From an uncultured archaeon (GTDB lineage Archaea > Aenigmatarchaeota > Aenigmatarchaeia > QMZP01 > JACQNV01): DNA of 64,000 nt. The position numbers and the translations under genes are program-made. The DNA is taken from NCBI GenBank assembly GCA_964410585.1, contig CAYPFW010000001.1, positions 160,001 to 224,000 of the forward strand. Direction: 5' to 3'. The notes beneath the pieces are model-generated. The model had not been told where the DNA came from. It worked only from the letters and a program-made list of their open reading frames with translations, and searched no databases. Positions within the stretch are counted from its first letter, which is position 1; each line of letters begins with the position of its first letter. Below, in pieces: positions 58,481-64,000 of the stretch.

Positions 58481-59419
58481 CTAATCATTCCCCTGTTCTT
58501 TTGGTTCTTGGTCTGATTTTAAAATTGCAGAAGTGTCTTGTAAAACCTCTGCTGGTGTTATTGCTTGGTTTTGTAAAATGTTTGTAGGATTTTGAGAAAC
58601 GTCTGTTGGCCTCGGGTCTTGTGTTATTTCAATTGGTTCAACAAAAGCCCTCACATAGATCCAATGCAAAACTTCTGCAGATACATTTGCTTGTTTGTTT
58701 AACAGTGTTACTAGAGTCCTATCTATTTCAGAATCCCATTCCTCTGCCCCAATAAATGCACCTGTTCCATCTTCGCCCATTGGAATTCTTCTCAAAAAAT
58801 CTGCAGCTGGAAGTACAGTTCTGCTCCCATAATGAGCTAATCTAGCAACTTCAACTGTTCCTTTGTAAGGGTCTACGCCTCTTAATTTTCCATCAAACTT
58901 TAATGGATATTGTGATGAATTTAATCTCTCGCTTTCTTGGACATCCATGTTAACTTCTAATTCAATTTCTCTATGAACATCTTGATCCTCACTTCGCTCT
59001 GTGTGAGCCGCATGCATATCGCATACTGGGTGGATAGCTTCCCCACATTTTTCTACAAACAATTTTAGATCCTCTTGTGTTACTTGACCTCTTTGTCTTG
59101 CCCTCTCTATTACTTCTATAGCCTCATATGCTTTAGTTTCAGCAAAAAGTGGTGCAGAATCATCAACAACTACTCGCCTTCCATTACGCAATTCGAAATA
59201 TGTGTGATGTTCAACTGCAAACCTATCTGCACCTATAGCTCCACGGAAAAGTGCATCTCTATATCTTTCAAAAAAATCTTTTTCTTCCTCAGGCAAAAAA
59301 CTAGCAGCTTCCTGTGCGAGCCATTTATGTGTTTTACCATACCAAGCATAAGAAGTAGAGGGAATCAAAGATAGGAAAACAAAAACACTTGAAACAAAAT
59401 ATCTAAAAGGTCTATACAC
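58481..59419 (-). CDS. Secreted zinc-dependent phospholipase C / S1-P1 nuclease family
   Basis: Signal peptide then AW...TH, G...AD, HH, H..CD...H, H..IE Zn-ligand pattern. Confidence 0.75.
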   Translation of the reverse strand: MYRPFRYFVSSVFVFLSLIPSTSYAWYGKTHKWLAQEAASFLPEEEKDFFERYRDALFRGAIGADRFAVEHHTYFELRNGRRVVVDDSAPLFAETKAYEAIEVIERARQRGQVTQEDLKLFVEKCGEAIHPVCDMHAAHTERSEDQDVHREIELEVNMDVQESERLNSSQYPLKFDGKLRGVDPYKGTVEVARLAHYGSRTVLPAADFLRRIPMGEDGTGAFIGAEEWDSEIDRTLVTLLNKQANVSAEVLHWIYVRAFVEPIEITQDPRPTDVSQNPTNILQNQAITPAEVLQDTSAILKSDQEPKEQGND

Positions 59420-59465
59420 GATTTTATATTTGGAAGAGGTTGTTTAAATATAACGATGTTATAGA

Positions 59466-61475
59466 TCAAACCTTCTGCACATGTCCAGGACTTGGCTCGA
59501 AAAGCATGCCCTCCCTTTTCAGTTTGTCAATCAATTCATCAATAGATTCTATGCCTTCTTTTTTTGCAGCTGTTTCTATATCTGAAATTGAAATCTCCTT
59601 TCTTATTTTTGACAAATCATTAATTATGTCCAAAACAATTCTAATGTTTGATCTCTCAGATGATGTAGTCATTCCTTCACTTCTATCAACATCTATCATT
59701 CCAGTTGAAGGATCCATTCCCAACTCTTTCAACGAAAATTTCATCAATCGAATAGCCCTCTGAGCATCCACTTTTCTCACTTCAGGTGAAAGCTGGACTT
59801 TTGCAGATGCCTCTGACAACCTGATCAAAGCCTCGAATTGCCTCAAGGTAATAGGTATTGGTGCACTTCCGCCTTCTGCCTGTTTTCTTGTTTCAATGTA
59901 GAACTTTTTCAGCATCTTTGAAGCTTCTGTTGTCAAAGTAGGTTTGCAATGTTCTTTTGCGTAAGCAATATATTTTCTGATAAAATCTCTTTCAAAAAAA
60001 GGCTTTGCTCCTTCATAGTCTTCTTCTCTTGAAGAAACAATATGATCTATGACTCTTTTGTCTTGCTCTGAATTTGGAACGTCTTTCAAAATAAATTTCA
60101 AATCAAACCTCGAGAGAAGTGTATCAGGTATAGTGATTTGTTTTGAAATAGGAAGATAAGGATCGAACCTAGAAAACTTTGGGTTTCCACCAGCTAAAAC
60201 AGATGTCTGTGCAGGGAGTGTGGCCACTATAGATGCTTTTGCAATTGAAACAGAACCTTGCTCCAAAGCTTCGTGCATTGCAACTTGGTCTTCTTGTGCC
60301 ATTTTTTCAAACTCGTCAACTGAAAGCAAACCCTTGTGAGCCAAAACCATTGCACCTGCTTCCAAAACCCAACCGCCCATGAACTGCTCATCTTTTGTGA
60401 CAGTTGCAGTCAAACCTGCTGTCGATGTTCCCTTTCCAGAAACATATTTTCCTCTTGGAACAATTTGGGGAACAAGCTTCATCAATTGCGATTTTCCTGC
60501 AGCGGGATCTCCAACTAAAAGGACATGTATTTCTCCTCTCAGCCTAGTGCCGTCTTTTAGTTTTTGTGGCACACCACTAAACATTTGGAGAATAATAGAT
60601 TCTTTTATCTCTTCCATCCCATACAAAGTTGGAGCAAGAGAAGCAACTAATTTTTTATAAACACTTTCATCCTTTGAAATTCTTTTTATTTCTTCCTCAT
60701 CCTCTTTGCTGATTTCAATTCCCTGCCAACCAATTTCAGTTGGCTCAACATAATTTGCATCCAAGTAAAAATCCAATTTCGCAGAATACATTTTCAATTT
60801 TGGAATATCTTTCAAAACACCTGTTATTTTTAGCCTGTTTCCTGGATCTGTTATCCTTCTTCCTGTTTGATTGACCAAATCGCCTGTGAGCAAAATAGTA
60901 ACTTGAGATGGCTTTTCGCCCTCTGTCAATTCAAACGGCTCTTCTATGACAATCCATCTTGTGTCAACCATTTTTTTCTCTGCCTGTTTGAACCCTCTCT
61001 TGTTTCCACAATCACACCATCTTGGAGGAAAAACAAAACCGCCTTTTCTTTCTTCTGTTAAAATTGTCCCACATTCAGGGCATTCCCACAAAGTCTCCAG
61101 AATTTCAGGTCTTATTTCAGATGCTTTTCTGACTGTGCCTTCAACAGAAATAAATTTATCCAAATGAGCAGACCTCAAATCTCTGATGTTGACGGAGGAT
61201 GCTAAATTTCTAACTCTTAGTTTTACTTTTGATTGAAGCTCGATCAAACCAATTGACCTCTCAGCTATTTCAAAAAAATCATTCGGCTTGTTTAGCAAAA
61301 CTTCTGCTAATTCTGCATTGTATTCATCTAAATCTTTGAAATCAATGGCCAGAATTTCACCTTTATTTGAAGCATCAACAAGCTGTTTATAATAAATTTT
61401 TCTTAGAAAACCCTCGAATTCTACAACTAGCCTTTGATCCACTTCTTTTATTTCTGCTTCTTTTGCCTCAACCAT
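59466..61475 (-). CDS. mcm: MCM replicative helicase
   Basis: CPEC Zn motif, GDPAAGKSQ, LEAGAMVLA, DEFEKM, SRFD, TLRQFEALIRL. Confidence 0.97.
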   Translation of the reverse strand: MVEAKEAEIKEVDQRLVVEFEGFLRKIYYKQLVDASNKGEILAIDFKDLDEYNAELAEVLLNKPNDFFEIAERSIGLIELQSKVKLRVRNLASSVNIRDLRSAHLDKFISVEGTVRKASEIRPEILETLWECPECGTILTEERKGGFVFPPRWCDCGNKRGFKQAEKKMVDTRWIVIEEPFELTEGEKPSQVTILLTGDLVNQTGRRITDPGNRLKITGVLKDIPKLKMYSAKLDFYLDANYVEPTEIGWQGIEISKEDEEEIKRISKDESVYKKLVASLAPTLYGMEEIKESIILQMFSGVPQKLKDGTRLRGEIHVLLVGDPAAGKSQLMKLVPQIVPRGKYVSGKGTSTAGLTATVTKDEQFMGGWVLEAGAMVLAHKGLLSVDEFEKMAQEDQVAMHEALEQGSVSIAKASIVATLPAQTSVLAGGNPKFSRFDPYLPISKQITIPDTLLSRFDLKFILKDVPNSEQDKRVIDHIVSSREEDYEGAKPFFERDFIRKYIAYAKEHCKPTLTTEASKMLKKFYIETRKQAEGGSAPIPITLRQFEALIRLSEASAKVQLSPEVRKVDAQRAIRLMKFSLKELGMDPSTGMIDVDRSEGMTTSSERSNIRIVLDIINDLSKIRKEISISDIETAAKKEGIESIDELIDKLKREGMLFEPSPGHVQKV

Positions 61476-61556
61476 AAACCTTTTTGAAAAAAGGTTTAAT
61501 CCAAAAAGGAGCCTATTTTTGCTTCACTGCTGTTCGCAAAAATTTACGGCTTCCAC
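61476..61556 (-). repeat. Family-B element ending at the mcm ATG
   Basis: Minus strand GTGGAAGCCGT...GGCTCCTTTTTGGATTAAACCTTTTTTCAAAAAGGTTT-ATG. Confidence 0.88.
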
Positions 61557-61643
61557 TAGATTACACCTTTGTTTCCCCCAGAAAAAATAAAATAGTGTTT
61601 ATCAATTGGTTCTGGTTAATAAATACTTTGGTAGACAAAGAAA

Positions 61644-62363
61644 TTAATCCTTAGCAGGTTTAACATCTATTCCAATCTCTTCTAATTTTTCCTTGAACTT
61701 TTTCAAAGCTCTGTGTATGTCTTCGATGCTGTGCGCACCTGTACAAATTATTTTTCCAGAACTAAACAATAGGAAAGCTACTCTAGGTTCAGAAATTCTG
61801 TAAACTAAACCTGGAAATTGTTCTGGCTCGTATTCTGCATTTTCAAGCATGAAGGCTATTTCTTCCAAATTTATTTTTGCATCTATCTTGCTTGAAGCGA
61901 CAATATTTTCAATTATTATATCGAATTTTTTTGGAGTTTTTATCCCAACTTCGCTTATTTTTTCAGCGACTTTTTGCATTGCTGCTTTTGAATTCTCTAT
62001 ACTTTTTGCGCCTGTGCATACGATTTTCCCAGATGAGAATATCAAAGCTGCAGCCCTTGGGTTTTGTGGCCTGTAAACTAAACCAGGAAACTGTTCTGGC
62101 TCGTATTCTGTGTTTTCTATCTCTTCGACGAGTTTTTCTAATGCTATTGTTATTCCTAAAGAAGCAAACGAAACAACATTTTCAACATTAATTGTGAATT
62201 CGCTCAACCTTTTTCCGCTAGCTGAAAAATTAGAATCTGTTTGTATTGGTTTTGAATCTGACTTTGTCTCAACTTGAGGCTTGCTGACTTCTTTTTTAGC
62301 AACCTTTGCTGGCTTAGCCGATTTCTTAGCAGGCTTAGAAACTTTCTTAGATTTTTTGACCAT
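61644..62363 (-). CDS. tbp: TATA-box binding protein
   Basis: Two repeats of ENxV...YEPEQFPGLVYR...P....LxFSSGKIxCTGA. Confidence 0.97.
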   Translation of the reverse strand: MVKKSKKVSKPAKKSAKPAKVAKKEVSKPQVETKSDSKPIQTDSNFSASGKRLSEFTINVENVVSFASLGITIALEKLVEEIENTEYEPEQFPGLVYRPQNPRAAALIFSSGKIVCTGAKSIENSKAAMQKVAEKISEVGIKTPKKFDIIIENIVASSKIDAKINLEEIAFMLENAEYEPEQFPGLVYRISEPRVAFLLFSSGKIICTGAHSIEDIHRALKKFKEKLEEIGIDVKPAKD

Positions 62364-62576
62364 TGATATCCCCCCATTAACGAAAAGGACTTATGTTATA
62401 AGCCCCAACTGGACGAAAAGCGACTATAATATAATCGTTTGCCCCTGACTGATAACTGTTTTGAAAGCTAGACTAATAGAATAGTTTATATAATTAATGG
62501 AGGAGGTATTTAAATACTATATAAATAGCCAAAATGACCCGATCAGCATTATTAATAGCTAAAACCAAATAATCGT

Positions 62577-62750
62577 ATGACAGGCGAACCATCTTTCACA
62601 TTCAGAGGAAAGAAAGAGACACCAATTTGCCTCAACTGCAAAGGCAAGATGAGGTTTGTTAGTTCACACAAGCCAAAATATAGGGATGAACACGATGTGT
62701 ACGAGTGCAAAAAGTGCAAGGTCAATTTCTTCGATTTTTGGTCGTATTAA
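62577..62750 (+). CDS. Small zinc-ribbon protein (57 aa)
   Basis: Manual translation ...PICLNCKGKM...YECKKCKVNFFDFWSY*. Confidence 0.65.
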   Translation: MTGEPSFTFRGKKETPICLNCKGKMRFVSSHKPKYRDEHDVYECKKCKVNFFDFWSY

Positions 62751-62777
62751 ATTTAGAATTTGTAAAAATTTCACTTT

Positions 62778-62914
62778 TGGAAGGCGTAAAAATTTTCCGA
62801 GCAAGAGCGAGAGAAAATTTTAGCCCCCTGTTTTTGATAAACCTTTTTAAGAAATTGTATAATAGTTTCTTTTGGGATACCTTACCACTTTTCTTTTCTA
62901 AAGAAAGGGGGGAG
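62778..62914 (+). repeat. Family-B (62778-62848) plus family-A (62863-62914) composite
   Basis: Both consensus motifs in tandem; the A copy ends at the rpoN stop codon. Confidence 0.85.
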
Positions 62915-63115
62915 CTACTTTTGGAATTTCCCAACAGTTTCAACAAGCTCAACGTGTCCTACAAATAGCGATCTGCAGCACAACCTTGTCAAGCCAAATG
63001 AATCCAAAACTTTTGCAGGGTCTTCTTTTGCAGCTACTCTTTCCTTAAATTTGCTGTAATACTGAGAAACAGGCTTGCCACATGTGAAGCATCTTACTGG
63101 TATGATCATAGGCAT
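62915..63115 (-). CDS. rpoN: RNA polymerase subunit N (Rpo10)
   Basis: IIPVRCFTCGK...LD..GL.R.CCR. Confidence 0.97.
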   Translation of the reverse strand: MPMIIPVRCFTCGKPVSQYYSKFKERVAAKEDPAKVLDSFGLTRLCCRSLFVGHVELVETVGKFQK

Positions 63116-63323
63116 ATTTTAGGGTCTTGGGTTTATAAATTTGTTTTGTGCCAACTTCCAAAATCCATGTTTTCTCCTCTATATACTATATTACATATAT
63201 CCGAAGACCGAAACATATTTAAAACTTGCTGTTTTTCTACATATGGGTTAATAAAGCTTAGTTCAAAGTAAGTTGTAAATAGTTGTTATCCATCAGTGAC
63301 GTTTAATATAAGTTTTGGCACAT

Positions 63324-64000
63324 ATGTCTCAGAAATCAAACTCAAGTACTAGAGTTGCCTACATTTTTCTAGCTTTACTAGTATTCGGCCTTATCGCAGG
63401 AGCAGTTGCATATCCTGTTCAAATTAATATTTCTTCTAACCAAGCTGGCTTTACCACAACAACAATAGTTTGTGGCGACCCTTCTTGTTCTTCATATACA
63501 AATTCAAGACAAGACATCCCAACATTAACAAATTCAAATGGCTATTCTATTTCAGGATCAGGAAAAGTAAACTACATGGAGCTTGACTATAAAGCGTGCT
63601 ACTTACCACACATGTACAGGCTTCAAATGACAGATGCAACAACAAATGGCCCATATTCTGTAACAAGGAATTTCAATCAAAAATCAGATTGTACTTCAAC
63701 TGTGAATACAGTTCAAGCTTCAAATCCATCACCTTTTGAAAAAACGACAATTCAAATAAGTACAAATGTCCAAGGTGCTGTTAGTTTCCCAAAAGATGCT
63801 AACGGAAATCAATTTGATTTTTCAATGGTCAGTATTCCTAGCGATATAAAAGATTTCTATGATACAAAAACAAAAGTTGTTTTAAAGATCAAAGATTCTC
63901 AAGGAAGTGTGATATACACTTCACCTGAAAAAGAAGCATATCCTTTAGTGAATAAGTCAGAAACTGTTGTTTTTGATTATACACCTCAAATAGACGGACC
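63324..64000 (+). CDS. Secreted/surface protein, truncated by the window end
   Basis: MSQKSNSSTRVAYIFLALLVFGLIAGAVA signal, then a Ser/Thr/Asn-rich frame that appears open to the end. Confidence 0.7.
   Translation, partial: MSQKSNSSTRVAYIFLALLVFGLIAGAVAYPVQINISSNQAGFTTTTIVCGDPSCSSYTNSRQDIPTLTNSNGYSISGSGKVNYMELDYKACYLPHMYRLQMTDATTNGPYSVTRNFNQKSDCTSTVNTVQASNPSPFEKTTIQISTNVQGAVSFPKDANGNQFDFSMVSIPSDIKDFYDTKTKVVLKIKDSQGSVIYTSPEKEAYPLVNKSETVVFDYTPQIDG

Noticed and set aside
58348-58587. 79-aa ORF, and the 62705-62968 and 62722-62952 ORFs
   Set aside because: They are translations of the hairpin repeat arrays or overlap real genes
59466-61475. Inteins in MCM or RFC
   Set aside because: Protein lengths are normal and no intein splice motifs are seen
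62364-62520. Possible structured RNA upstream of tbp (ACGAAAAG occurs twice)
   Set aside because: No convincing fold or family resemblance by eye
7829-62848. Family A/B intergenic copies as BHB-spliced mRNA introns
   Set aside because: I found a convincing BHB only around the tRNA copy; the intergenic copies were not exhaustively folded
2287-62914. Repeats as a CRISPR array or integron attC cassette array
   Set aside because: Copies are dispersed, on both strands and not regularly spaced; no cas or integrase gene in the window; most flank core genes
322-62968. Numerous short ORFs antisense to or overlapping identified genes (e.g. 8225-8665, 47102-47740, 55040-55873)
   Set aside because: Shadow frames of well-supported genes, with no motifs

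Overview
This is a compact, AT-rich archaeal chromosome segment. It carries TBP, MCM, RFC-L, Rad50, KEOPS Kae1/Bud32, EF-1beta, RpoN, archaeal ribosomal proteins and SecY. The small-genome style, many orphan genes and Cys-rich surface proteins suggest a DPANN lineage (inference). Two observations stand out. (1) A 2257-aa secreted surface protein has Cys-rich repeats, a beta-helix-like segment and about five CBM48/E-set-like domains, and ends in a diverged RelA/SpoT-type synthetase domain. That is a polymorphic-toxin-like layout, and the window also encodes a Mesh1/SAH-type HD hydrolase and a diadenylate-cyclase-like domain. (2) Two families of short dispersed hairpin elements (A, ~50 bp; B, ~85 bp) sit at gene boundaries, often directly against start or stop codons, and several B copies carry further hairpins nested inside them. 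One family-A copy forms most of a 68-nt intron with a perfect bulge-helix-bulge in the T-loop (59/60) of tRNA-Arg(GCG). Also seen: a probable ~5.5-kb inversion that swaps conserved gene neighbours, two aspartic-protease-like paralogs inside the spc operon (one bracketed by a 14-bp direct repeat), an outer-membrane-type beta-barrel-like protein, and several small ORFs missing from the track. All assignments come from reading motifs by eye; no database searches were run.
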